Assembly: GCA_016748015.1 (NCBI GenBank) | Contig: JAAOMT010000258.1 | Span: forward strand, 312,173 to 376,172 | Reading direction: 5' to 3' | DNA from: Geosiphon pyriformis uo1 | Lineage: Eukaryota > Fungi > Glomeromycota | Length of the DNA stretch: 64,000 nucleotides | In this document: in pieces, positions 52,644 to 64,000 of the stretch | Position numbering within the stretch: position 1 is the stretch's first letter | How the letters are laid out: each line of letters starts with the position of its first letter | Translations under genes and position numbers: made by a program | Notes under the pieces: generated by a model | What the model saw: only the letters and a program-made list of their open reading frames with translations | What the model was told of the DNA's origin: nothing | Database searches by the model: none

Positions 52644-55060
52644 TCAGCCTACCGAAGCACGATGCTTAGCAACACATTGAGTACTACAGTACCTCCATTG
52701 CATTCGTTCAAATGGTACTTTGCCAGCCAACGAAGCGTTACACTCTTCACAAACCAACCCAACGTTAATGTCATGATTGCTGTTTTTCGTATTTGATATC
52801 AAAACGCTTTCACTATTACCACGATTAGTAAGTTTTGCAAATCTTACTTCCGCAGCACGAGCTCTTTTCTCACGCTCAATTCTAATTTTCATTTCGGGTG
52901 TTAAATTCGTATCGGTTATAACTTGGGAGATCGATTGAGCTATGAAGGTTTGTTTTGGGATTGTTGATGTCTCAGCAATGTTTCCTTCATCTTTATCTTT
53001 TTTCATGTGATCATCCTCCTTAATTATTTTCTTTTTACGCTCTTTATCTTTCTTTTTCTTTTCCTTTTCCTTCGCCTTTCGTTCTTGTTCTTCTTCCAAT
53101 TCTTTTGTCAAGGGACTTGGAACGTGAGCTGCACTCCAGTCCCATTTCTCCATCTGTTCAGCCATGTATCGACGAAAGGCATTTCTTGTTTCTTTATTTT
53201 GTGCGATGTCATATGGCGTTTTATTTTGCGCCGAAATTACTGTCGGATCGAGGTTTAAAGTTAGGAAATAGGAAACAATCTCTGGTTGACCAGCAAATGA
53301 TGCCAGATGAAGGAAGGTTGGAGTAGCTTTGAACTCTTCATCTTCAAGTGTAAGTTTTGGAGAAATTGAAAACTTTTGCATGTGCGTGATTAAAAGATCC
53401 AGTTTTCCTTTACGAATTAAATCGATCAATTTTTTAACTCCATTAAGATCGGTTTCTTGAATTGGATCTTGTTTCACTGTTTTAGCCTTTGATAGACCAG
53501 TTGTCTTTGCAGCCACTTCTACCTTTCGAGCAAGTGCCTCTGCAGGATCTTGGACCAAGGGGATTTGCTTTAATGATTCTGTACTCACTTCAAAAATTTT
53601 GAGAGTAGTAAGCTTTGCGAAGCTACGTTTAAGCTCCTTCAAAGTCTTACAGGCACATAACGAAATAAGCTTGCAATTCATAATAAAAATTGACTTTTAA
53701 CTAGAACTCACATACCGGTCGCTTTGTTGAAAATGGGAAGGAACGGATTCTAGAGTCAGCTTGAAATTGGAATAAATTGAGTTTGAATTTTAATCAGTAA
53801 GAACCATGACAGGTGTATAAAATACCTTTTTTCATAACTGCTCCTTCATACCCATATATGATCTTTTTGTTAGCACTAGGGGCGTATACGAAAATGCATT
53901 CACTTATTTCAATCCATTTCTTCCAGGTCGCCAACAAATCACGTATTTCCTGTGAAAAAGAATATAACAATTCAGGAAAATTCTTGAAAAATGCTATAAA
54001 TAAATCAAACAATCTTGAAACCTGCTGTAATTTAGCTTCGTTGAATCGGCGCAAATCAGCTCCTGCAGATTTTGCTCCACTTTTGGCGTTATCATGAGCA
54101 GATTGCGCTCCACCTTGTTTCTTCCTCACTTTTATAAAAAATGAATTATAATTTAATTGAAACAAAATATGTATTGAATTGTCTAAATCACAACCTACCT
54201 GTATAGCGCTGAAACCTTTTATGCACAATTGGTTCCATCCCAGCATCTTTTCCAGTCCTGTACGGGTTCAAAGAGCACACCAGCCCAGCAAAATAACCCC
54301 CACTTAGCATAATCATAGTCCAAATACGCTTAGTTCCTGCATTGCTATCTTTTATTTGTGCATTTTTCAAGAATTCCACCGAGTTACCATGTCTGTAATC
54401 TGGAAATATTTGTTTATAGATGCCGAGATGAATTTCAACGGGGAGAAATGGTTGAGCCGAAAACCAAAGGTAGGGTGAATCATAATGCTGAAGATTTTCT
54501 TTTTCAATCTCTTTTGTGTCATGTACAAATTGATGTTTTTCAAATAGAGCTGTCACGGCGTCGTATGATGTTTGTATAGAGATATTAGGTTTTTCGGAAT
54601 CAGTATCACTTGAACTATCAGTCAATTCTGTGCAGAGAAAAGATTAATTCAATGAAAAATCCTTTTTTAAGAATGCACAGAAACATTAACAAAAAGGCGA
54701 ACCGGCAAGCATTTCCTCGAATTCTTCTTCAGAGACAGGTTTAACTACACTCTTGCTGACTTTTCGTCTTAAATTAAACCTATGCCAATCGGTTTGAAAA
54801 TGTTCTCTATATTCTTCGGCTGTTTCAAACCTGATTTCACCACAGGCACTACATGCAGACCCGCTAACATCTGTGTTTGCAATCCCCGATTGAACCTCTT
54901 TATCGATTTGAGGTTCCATGTTAGCTTGATGAGATTTTAGTGCATTGAGGATTTCAGATGATAAATTGAAAATGTTTAGATTTTGGGCGAGTAATGGGTG
55001 GATTTTTGGGGCGATTGATGACTGACTTTGCTGTTGTTTTTTTTCGTTTTGGTCTGCCAT
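52644..55060 (-). CDS. VMS1: Vms1/ANKZF1 ribosome-quality-control peptidyl-tRNA release factor (6 exons: 55060-54703, 54627-54199, 54128-54022, 53949-53826, 53759-53716, 53645-52644)
   Basis: C2H2 finger CSAC...REHFQTDWHRFNLRRK; VLRF1 domain MLSGGYFAG...HKRFQRYTVRKKQGGAQS..D...SAGADLRRFNE; FPFSTKRPT; ankyrin repeat; coiled coil; VIM-like REKRARAAEVRF; C-terminal CEEC...YCSTQCV..HR. Confidence 0.95.
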
Positions 55061-56869
55061 TTTGACTTTGATTTGACTGTTAAAAATTGAGGTTCAAAAT
55101 ACTGATTGTGAAAAGTAGTGATTAAGATATTTATCAATGAATAACATATGTGTAACATAAACTTACTTTTGAAAGGTTTCTGAATTTTTTCGAAAGAAGA
55201 CTTCTTAAAATTAAAACACAATCGAGCTCCTAGAGCAAAAGCCTTTTATACATGACAACTTTTTACTACTGCGGACAATGACAGATAGTGTAATGTGGCG
55301 CTGGTGCATGAGACTGATCAACTCTGATATAGGCAGGGAATTAAAAGCCGCAGTATTTCTGATCTTAAAATGGGTATCACTCTAAATTTTCAAGTTTCTT
55401 GAAGCAATCAAAGCAAAGAAATATTCTGCGGCCCTGATGCCCTCATTCACAAAGCAAAGCAAAAGAATTGATCTGAAGATATCGTTTTAAATGCAACTGT
55501 TTCAAAAAGACTTGCCGAAAGGACTTTGAGCTACATCTTGCTTCCTCTACCTTTCATATGACACAATTAATCAAATAAAATATGGTCAAAAACCTAAATG
55601 ATAAAGAATCTATCAACAGATTGAAAAACATAATTTCCTTAGAAATATCAGTTCATCTTTTTATCTACCAGCACTATATGTTCTGATCCAGAAAAAATTA
55701 TAAATATCGACCAAAAGGATCCTTTTAGTTTTTTTGGAGCGAAAGAAGTGCCGATTTTGTGTGGCTTAAATCAGCATTTTTCCTCAGAGGAGGAAAAATC
55801 AGCAATAAATGATCTTAAAAATGGTCTTTATTCAAAGGTCGTCTAGGATAAATGGATATTGGTATGGAACTGTAAAGCATATGCATCTGGCGCTACAAAT
55901 ACAGTGTTTTGCTTTTGACAAGCAAGTGATTCTGATGCATCCATATTTTTCTAGCATTTAACTTTTGACATCATCATTATTTTAATAGACAAGATTTTTT
56001 GCATGCTGTATTCCCTTACCATGATAGAACAATATTTAATCATTTCTTCATTATTCGCATAGTTATCATTATATTCAGTATTTGCTAATTTGACTTCGTC
56101 CATTACACAGTACAAGATATATCCACTCTTTCAAGTTTTATGTAAGCTTAATTTATTAAATATTGTCGTAAAAGCTAACGAATACTGAATGGTAGGCTAA
56201 TACTTAAATCAATTATCTGCGAATTCGTAATTCAAATTTAAATATAATAATTAGCTTACGATTGGGAGCTAAAATATATTAGCATGTATTAGATAATAAT
56301 GTTTATTTTTAAAGAAGCAGAAAAAAGTTGAACATTATTTCTATGGAATAGTATAATGTGTAAAATTTTTAGGAAATTATGATTTACAGAAATCAAAAAT
56401 ATATTCATAAAATTATTAAGTAAAAAAACTTTTAAATATATATACAAAATATTTTTAAATATTTTAAAAAAAGCTAAATTTGGTTTAATTAATTAATTTC
56501 AAAAAAGTTTTGATAATTTAATTTATAACATATGATATAAAATGAAAATTTCAAAAAATTTATTCATAAATCAGAATACTCAATATTTTATTTAATAAAT
56601 ATTAAAGGAATTTTAATTTAATAAAAAACCTAATTTTATTCAAAATAAAAAACTGTAAAAAATAAAGTAAAATTTTAAGATATAGAGCTTTAAAGCTTCC
56701 GAGTACATGTATTGAGTAAAAAAAAATAAGTCATTATTGAAAGATCTACTCCACTTGGTTAAAATACACATTATTAGGGTGGTTTTTATCAACTTTAACC
56801 CTGAAATCCTTGTCTGTTATGTCTATATTGAATCCATAGTTTATCCGCTAGTGCTTTAAAATAAAAGTT

Positions 56870-57808
56870 ATGTCACAAAATGTCTCTCAAATGAACCATC
56901 TGCTTCTCGATCCCCATCTTCTAAAAAACACCTACATAATCCTTCGCCATGGTCATTCAAAAGCAAATGAAGCCAGACTTGTAGTCTCAAAATTCGAAAA
57001 CGGTGTTCCTTCTAACGGTGTTGGCCCATCAAACGAAGGATGGGGGTTAACAACGTTAGGAAAGCAGCAAGTTTTGAGTGCTGCCCAATCCCTATACAGC
57101 CATCTAGATTCCTTGTCACAAAAATACAGTATAGATTATGGGAGCAATGCAAAGATCAGAGTTTCAATTCATTCATCCCCGTTTCTTCGAGCCGTTGAAA
57201 CTGGAAATATTGTGCATCGCTTTTTTAAATCAAAGCAACTGCTTTTGAATAAACCAGAGAATTCAGAGTTCTTGGATATTGATGAAAAAATTATAATCAA
57301 TAATGATTTAAAAGAACGCGATTTTGGGGAATTTGAATTGAAACCTGACATGGCTTCGTATTTGACGGTGTGGGATATTGATAATGCTCTCTTTTCTCGA
57401 TTTGAAAGTAACCAAGACAAGCAGGAGTCCGATTTAATTGACCACAAACTTTTTGGGGATTTGCAAGACAAGTATAAAGAACTAAGCGTGGAACGCTGTG
57501 ACTAAGTATTACGCCGAATCTATGGAGTTGTATCAGAAATCGAAAAAGAAAATTTTTTAAAAGGAAACGATAAAAAATCCAATTTTCTAAATGAGCAATT
57601 GGACCAAAAACGCGTTATAGTCTTTATAAGTCATGGTGACTCTTTGCAGATTCTTCAGACAGCTTTTGCAAAATTTGATAATTCGACAATTTTTGGGAGT
57701 TCGGCGGGAGAATCAACTCCAAAAAACTTATTTCTTAACGCATACGCCCATCGAAAGCTAAAGCATCTGCAAACGGCTGAATGGCGTGTACTGGAGTGGC
57801 GAAACTGA
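56870..57808 (+). pseudogene. Histidine phosphatase / phosphoglycerate-mutase-like gene interrupted by a single in-frame TAA (57503-57505)
   Basis: LRHGHS.AN, GLT.LGKQQ, SSPFLRAVET and LKERDFGEFE lie before the stop. The same frame continues VLRRIYGVVSEIE...VFISHGDSLQILQ...HR..HLQTAEWR to TGA at 57808. Confidence 0.85.
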
Positions 57809-57999
57809 ATTTAAAATGCTCTATAGCCAGTTAAACAATTTACAAATAGCTAGGATCTTTTAAGAGCCAGGTATAAACCTACAACAATATTAAACGGGTT
57901 AAAATAACTTTCTATTTTTAGGGAGATTGAACGAAAAACTATTATTTATTAGCTTTTTAGTCGACAGTATTTTCTCAATAACATTGAGAAACAAATGAA

Positions 58000-59423
58000 T
58001 TAAAATATTTCGGCTGATAAGCCCAAGGTTGTAGATTTCCGTTTTTTAGCAGCTGAATCACTTTTCTTTGGTGGAACAAGCTTGGCCAATAATTCAGCCA
58101 AAAGTTCACTTGCTTGTGGATAAAATGCCAGATTTTTCATGATATTCTCATATCCAGGCGTACCTCGCACATCCTCAAAATTTTCTTGGACGTAATTCAT
58201 GGTATGCGTTTTTAGATCATCCCACTTCCAAGCCTCACGAAACAAGAATTCGGCTGCGGTATTAATATTTAGATCCTTGCATAGTTTTGCCTTTGCTCTT
58301 TGACGAAGATCTTTGACCAAATACTTGTCCGCAATGGCAAAAAGGGCAATAGGTGATTTTTGTGGCTTATTAACCTCAAAACCAATTTGATCTGTATAAA
58401 AAAACTGGAGCATAGCTAAAACTGTATCATGATCGAAATCCTGAATTTCGATTACCGCTTTAAATTGTGAGTCGGTGGGTGAATCAGCTGAAGATTCTCG
58501 CGACGAAGAATTTTCAATAGTTCCGTGGCGATCGATCATGACATTATTAGATTCAGCCCATTCACCTTCAAAGATTGCTCGAAAATAGTCTGATCGATTT
58601 CGAAGAATGTAGCTATTGCAAAATATACTTTTTTCTTTGACACTGATTTTGACGTCGGCCACTTCTATTTGATCCAAAGAAGATGCCCATGCATTTATTA
58701 ATTCTGATGGGGGATTTTGAGTAGGTCTTGTGATTGTATGTTTGAACTCTACTTGATTTAAAGTAACGCCAATTATCACATCATGTGGAAGGTCAGCGTT
58801 TTTGAAGAAACGGGAATATCCTATTTTATCAAACCGAGATTAATTGAGAAGCAAAACCTTATGAATTCAGATTTATATTGAATGAAATACCTCGCACTGA
58901 TCTTTCCCCTAGAGAATATTTATCTTTGAGTTCCAACGTCTTTTGTTTGATAATTACACTAAATTCAAAATATTCATCAGATAATTTTTAGGAGAAATCG
59001 CTTCTCTAAATCAATTGAATGTATACTCACATCGGCTCTGATGCATCTTTCAAGAAAAGCTCAGCAATGTATGGATTTCTTTCCTCCCAGATTCCTGTTG
59101 AGTATTGTTCTCTAGAATTTGGTATGGCATAAAGATACATCGAGCAAAACTCGGGATCTGCAGTTGAACACTAGCGGCATTATGACATCAAAGAGATATG
59201 AGAGAATATTTTTATGGAGGCTTCCCTTGAAAATTGATTAACCCAGGTTTTCTTTTCCGCCAAAACTCTAGATCATATATACCGGTTTAAAAACCAACTG
59301 CCAGAGGATATCAGCAGCAGTGGAAAAAATTGGACTATATATCTTTCCTTCCACCTTAGATATATCATTCAATGTGAATTCAAAACATCCTTTGGCAATG
59401 ATATTGTTTTCTGCCATGTTCAT
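58000..59423 (-). CDS. MATH-BTB/POZ (SPOP-like) Cul3 adaptor; exons 59423-59283, 59170-59031, 58958-58891, 58820-58000
   Basis: MATH: FEFTL...YSPIF....WQLVFKP...CSMYLYA...RGYSRF. BTB: ADVKISV..IFCNSYILRNRSDYFRAIFEGEWAE...IEIQDFD..VLAMLQFFYT...LFAIADKYLV.DL. Confidence 0.9.
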
Positions 59424-59693
59424 CTTTCCCCGTACCTATCAATAAACTAGTTGGCAAGGTTAAACAAAAATTTGAAAAAAAATCCCGAGTGACCTAATGG
59501 TGTTTTGTATTAGGCCTCTCACCTTTTGTATTCCCGAATTTGTTGATAATTCCTTTGATGATCATGCGATAAGCCCTGAAAGGTCAACAACGTGCAGTCG
59601 GCAATTGCCAAACAAATATGATAAATTAGGCCATTTATGGCGCTTGGTACATAAACGATAACAATTTGAAGTTTTGATGATTGTGGTATTATA

Positions 59694-59894
59694 TGGGACG
59701 TGCTGCGACAAAACCAAAGTGACGCTTTAAAACTTATCAATAAGATAATGGGAAATATGATTAACTTTTTATTCGTTAATTATATGGGGCGTGCCACAAC
59801 AAAAACTAGACAAAGTGACACTCTAAAATTTGATCAATTTCATTTACCAATAAGATAATAGGAAATATGAAAAACTTTTTATTCGTCATTTATA
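59694..59894 (+). repeat. Two tandem ~90-110-bp units, each = variant transposon end + conserved AT-rich block
   Basis: TATA|TGGGACGTGCTGCGACAAAACC----AAAGTGAC (59694) and TATA|TGGGGCGTGCCACAACAAAAACTAGACAAAGTGAC (59785). Each is followed by CAATAAGATAATRGGAAATATGAWWAACTTTTTATTCGT. Confidence 0.85.
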
Positions 59895-60384
59895 TAGGGT
59901 GTGTTGGAACAAAACCAGACAAAGTGAACATCTGACTTTGGTTATTTAAAAGGTATTATCTTTATCTTTTCGCTGGCTTCCTCTGAGAACTCAGAATAGC
60001 ATTTCTTTTATCCCGGCTGTCACTAAGATAGTTTGAATTAGTCATAAAGGAGATTTTCGCCTTGAATTACTTTTACTTCAGAGCTGGGCATGATGTTGGG
60101 CCGTCCAGCAAGGAAAGAGATGCAAACGCGGCGGTGAATATTGCTCTTTCCGAGGCCTCCATCATCCTCTCGTCTGACCACTAACCACTTCCTCCTTTTC
60201 GCCGCGATGTCAATCACACAAGGTACAACCTTGCAAACAAATTCCTTTCAGTCGTGACACCAGAATTGGTTCCCCACGACCCCATTCGAGAATGAATATG
60301 ATAAGGATATTTTGAATTTTTTAATTTTCCTGACTTCTTTATTACACATGTTCACTTTGTCTGGTTTTGTTCCAGCACGCCCCA
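59895..60384 (+). mobile_element. Non-autonomous TIR element carrying a Fanzor/TnpB 3' remnant (TA-flanked, 37-bp TIRs)
   Basis: The left end 59895-59931 (TAGGGTGTGTTGGAACAAAACCAGACAAAGTGAACAT) is the inverted copy (34/37; three transitions) of the right end 60348-60384. TA lies on both outer sides (59893-94, 60385-86). An internal frame carries RDANAAVNI. Confidence 0.88.
60080..60295 (+). pseudogene. Fanzor/TnpB-like RNA-guided nuclease C-terminal fragment (RuvC-III)
   Basis: RAGHDVGPSSKERDANAAVNIALSEASIILSSDH*PLPPFRRDVNHTRYNLANKFLSVVTPELVPHDPIRE*. RDxNAAxNI (60116-60142) is the TnpB/Fanzor RuvC-III signature. One in-frame TAA at 60182-60184. The segment is a GC-rich island. Confidence 0.8.
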
Positions 60385-60402
60385 TAAGTCTGTGTACAAT
60401 AC
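60296..60402 (+). ncRNA. Putative Fanzor omegaRNA (scaffold to the right end at 60384, guide from flanking DNA)
   Basis: Positional inference only: TnpB/Fanzor omegaRNAs derive from the element's 3' end and read into the flank. Here 89 nt separate the stop codon from the element end. Confidence 0.45.
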
Positions 60403-61335
60403 GATATGTATAAAAATGAATAAAAACATATTTTTTCATAAAGTTCTAAGACACAATGAATATTCGAAAAACATAGAAAGATATAGCAAACTTCACTATT
60501 GGCAATATTCTAGAAATCATCTTAAAGCTGTGTAATTTTGATTTTTAGACAATAATGATAATTTATTTAAAAATGGAATATTCAAATTTTTTTTGGAGTT
60601 TTCTTATTTTTATTTGTAATTTTATATAAAATTCCTATCTTGTTTTTTCTACATGTAATTTCATAAATTTTATATCAAATAATAATTAAACAACTATACA
60701 ATAATTTAAATGAAACTTTTTTCACAATTTTTTTTCAATAAAGCATGAATAAAATTTAAATATGTAAATTAACAATCACTTGTTAATCAATTTTTTAAAT
60801 AATATGTTGAGAATATACTTTAATTTTTTAAAATTGAAAGAAAACTGCCTATACTCAAGTAATTAAGGCATTCAATTAATGTTATTCATTTTTATTCTAT
60901 CCTTGTGTATTTTTAGATTTAAACATTTTTAATGCCATGTTCACTAAATTGAAGATCTAATGTAGTATATATGACATAATAAACTAGCATCACCTTATGA
61001 TCAGTTGACAATGTTTCATATTTTGATGAAACGCGAGGAGCCAAAGAATATCAGTAAATTTTAGTAACGAAATATCAGGATTTGTTTGTAACAGGTGATG
61101 CAACACGATTGAAATCAAAAAATGAAAATTGCACTCCATGAACCACTGATGTGCTCCTGCAGTCAACTTTAAATTTGTGTACTTTGTCTTGAATAAATAT
61201 CATTCACTCATTTATTGCTACAAAACATTTTAACCTTCCCTCCCGTTTCTTTTTCCCAAAAACTGACACTCCTTTATCAAGCCTAGTTTCTGGGCGCTAT
61301 GATTTGGTATCTTTTATTTTATTAAATACCTGCTA

Positions 61336-63713
61336 ATGATGAAGTATATTATGAGTTCCAAAGATCACAAATCTCAAAAACAACAAATATCCTCCTCTCT
61401 GCCAGCAATCGAACTCTTTGATGATGATTTTGATTTCTCTGGTGAGGATAGCAACAATAACGAAAACAAAAATAATAATGAAAACAGTGATTATTTTTTC
61501 ACGCGTCAAATATTAAAACTTGGGGCAAGCCTTCGACCAGAATTAGGAGGAAATATTTTTAAGAGTAATGTGGCGGGAAGTCCTACTGCTATTGATGATT
61601 TTGCAATGTTCATTGGGCCAGAAGTTGGTTGGGATCAACAAGCTTTCTCAAACTCCAGCTATGCTTCCAGTTCCACTACATATGATAAAAGCTTTGAGAG
61701 CGAACAAGAAGATTTTGATGATGTTATTTTTCCAGATTCAACTTCGGATTCTTCTTTTTCTTTAACCAGCTGCTATCAACGTTCGTCAATATTTCGAGCT
61801 ACATCGGAATATGACTCAGAAGAATTTTGGTCTGGCCTAGATCCTCAGGAGGTTGAAAGTATTTTTTCTGTAAAAAAAATTCATCAAAATTCAAACATCA
61901 CCCCCTGTTATGAGACAGATGATAAATTATTTGAACAAAGTTTTTCCGGCATGAGTAAACCTCAACCAAATTTACCGAGAATAAATGTGAAAAGTCCAGG
62001 AATCGTGCAACCAAAAACCACTATAAGTTTTTCACAACTTTTAAAATCCACAAACGATACATTTTCCAATTCGGATAAAGCGAAATCATCCAAAAGTCTA
62101 CTGAGCCCTTCAGAAAGTCAAAAAAAGTTTTCAACTTCCAAAATTTCCTTATCAAAATTTCACAAAAAACCAAATATTATCAAAAATGATGCCTTTAACG
62201 CTTTCCATCCAAGCCAAACTTCCCGCAAAGATTCTCAACTGGGCAAAATTTCTCCCACAAAATCATCAAAGGGTTCAGCAAACTTAACGAAATCAAGCTC
62301 ACAAGGACCTTCTGTAAGAAATTCTATTGAGCCTAATTATCCTGAGCGAGGCAAATTCAATAAAACTACGGAGATAATAAAAACAAACAATACCTTGAAA
62401 CTTGAGAGAAAATCAATTGGTTTAAATTCTAAACTGAATTTCCTTGACACAAGCTCACTGCGCATACCATCATCGAAGAAGTTAAATTTAAAAGGTTAAA
62501 TCAATAAAAATTCCTATTTTGAAATCTAATTGCATTCTACTTATTGCTGAATTTTTCAATTTAGAGGACGAAAGAAAAACTGATGAGTTAAAGGATTTTT
62601 CATTTTTGGGCCATCGAAAACATTCAAAAAACATTTTTTCGCACCGCAATTCTAAATCCCTGTCAAGCGCTACTTCATCCAATACTGGTGAATATATTCA
62701 TTCCCTTCTGCTCCATTTATACAAATTTCTCCTAAAATTTCTAAAACATTAGGAAACCCAGAAAACTTACCTTTAATCAGAGAAAATGTCGAAGAAAACT
62801 CACTATCCTTAGAATCTTTTGTTCAAGATCGAAGTCCGAGTTCAAAATGGGTAAATATAACTTGGAAATAAGTTTTAGAAAGCTTCTATTTTGCTTATAT
62901 TGCTTTCAATTAAAATATAGAAGTGGCGAAGAAAACCAACCTTGATTCGGAATTTGAATTCTAGCAAGAGACCCAAGGGTAAATTTTCCACAAAGTCAAA
63001 ATGATTTTACTCAAAGTGAAATTCAAATTTAATTGAAACACTAAAAATTTCATTCCAAATTTAAAGTCATCGGTGAAATGACATACAATCCGGACTTCCA
63101 ACGATGGGATGGTAATGAGTCTATCCTAAAAGAGTTTGAATTTGATAAAAATTACTCTCAATTTCGAATACAACGTCCCGCTTTGATATCTAACACTCAA
63201 TCTATGAAATCAACACACATTATTGGGAATATGATTTTTGACTCTGAAAAAATGTGTTGGAAATGCAATGCAAAAGATTCTCTCGATGATGATATATTAA
63301 AAAACTTTGATGATAATGAACATGATGATTGGGATTTTAGAAAAGATATTGTGTTTGAGCGGCAGAATTCAACTGGTAGCAGTCAGGATTTTGAGGTGGG
63401 CTGTGAGTTCGATGTTACGCCCGCATTTTTATCTAGTTTAATGACAGCAGAGAGGCAACACGGTAACGAAATGTCCAGATGGTACCCTGCGGCTGGATCA
63501 CTAAGAAATGAACAACGGTTCGGGTTACGAGATCCTAATATCCAGCGGGGGTATTTATATGATATTCGAATGGTAATTAGTATTGTTTTCAAATATGTCA
63601 ATTTGTTATGATTGTTATTTCATAACTCCTTGTACCTTTAGGCTTCTTCAAACCGTCGAAACAAACCTAACCGTTATAATGTGACACCACGGGATGGCCG
63701 ATCAAAAAAATGA
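61336..63713 (+). CDS. Byr4/Bfa1-like septation-initiation/mitotic-exit GAP scaffold (exons ~61336-62494, 62565-62687, 62753-62850, 62921-62978, 63067-63572, 63642-63713)
   Basis: C-terminal repeated motifs KPTLIRNL..VIGEMTYNP..QRWDGNE..L..F, RPALISN...IGNMIFDSEKMCW and EFDV...AERQH...W are typical of the Byr4/Bfa1 family. The N-terminus is acidic and Ser-rich, and splicing is in frame. Confidence 0.8.
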
Positions 63714-64000
63714 TCATATATAATTATGAATATCAATAATCAATAGCATTAACCTATTTTCAATTTTAGTAGTTATAATCCAAATTGCAATTTATAATTT
63801 TTGTACAATGTAAAAATATTTTTGGAAGCAATCTTCTCTAATTCATCAAATACTCTCCTGGAGGCTCATGTGCCTTAATTCATTGCAATCATACATATTT
63901 ATAAAAATAAATTATTTTTATTTATTGGTTAACACAAATGAATAAATTTCTGTTGCTAATTTATTTATTGTATAATGAGACAAATAATTTAATGATTTAT

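Noticed and set aside
57503-57505. Alternative genetic code (TAA=Gln), suggested by in-frame TAAs at probable Gln positions (57503, 18635, 60182)
   Set aside because: RPL39, the HMG gene, the lipase-like gene and MATH-BTB all end in TAA, and no other intact gene has an internal TAA/TAG. C>T mutation explains these cases.
59688-59931. CRISPR array
   Set aside because: The intervening sequences are similar to each other rather than unique spacers, the repeat is a transposon TIR, the context is eukaryotic, and there are no cas genes.

Overview
Very AT-rich, intron-containing eukaryotic (fungal) genomic DNA. The gene content (MATA-HMG box, Sel1-repeat/TKL-kinase, MATH-BTB, class-3 lipase-like, decayed RNase H-bearing LINEs) suggests a Glomeromycotina fungus, most like Geosiphon/Ambispora (inference). 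From left to right: a heavily C>T/G>A-mutated non-LTR retrotransposon (1-4.5 kb); a LEA_2-like membrane protein; RPL39; a mucin-like single-pass protein with an Asn-rich repeat tail; a Sel1-repeat/kinase gene broken after the repeats; a MATA-HMG gene; an orphan ORF; a secreted lipase-3-like protein lacking the canonical catalytic Ser and His; a USP protein; a solitary 5S rRNA gene; an intron-containing hAT/BED transposase with a dead DDE triad; a short-LID adenylate kinase; Vms1/ANKZF1; a histidine phosphatase split by one in-frame TAA; a MATH-BTB gene; and a Byr4/Bfa1-like gene. The most notable item, missed by the ORF track, is a 490-bp TA-flanked element with 37-bp terminal inverted repeats (59895-60384). 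It retains the 3' end of a Fanzor/TnpB-like ORF (RuvC-III motif RDANAAVNI) plus an 89-nt putative omegaRNA segment, and two further tandem copies of its end lie immediately upstream. Exon boundaries were inferred by hand from GT-AG sites and frame continuity; no database searches were run.
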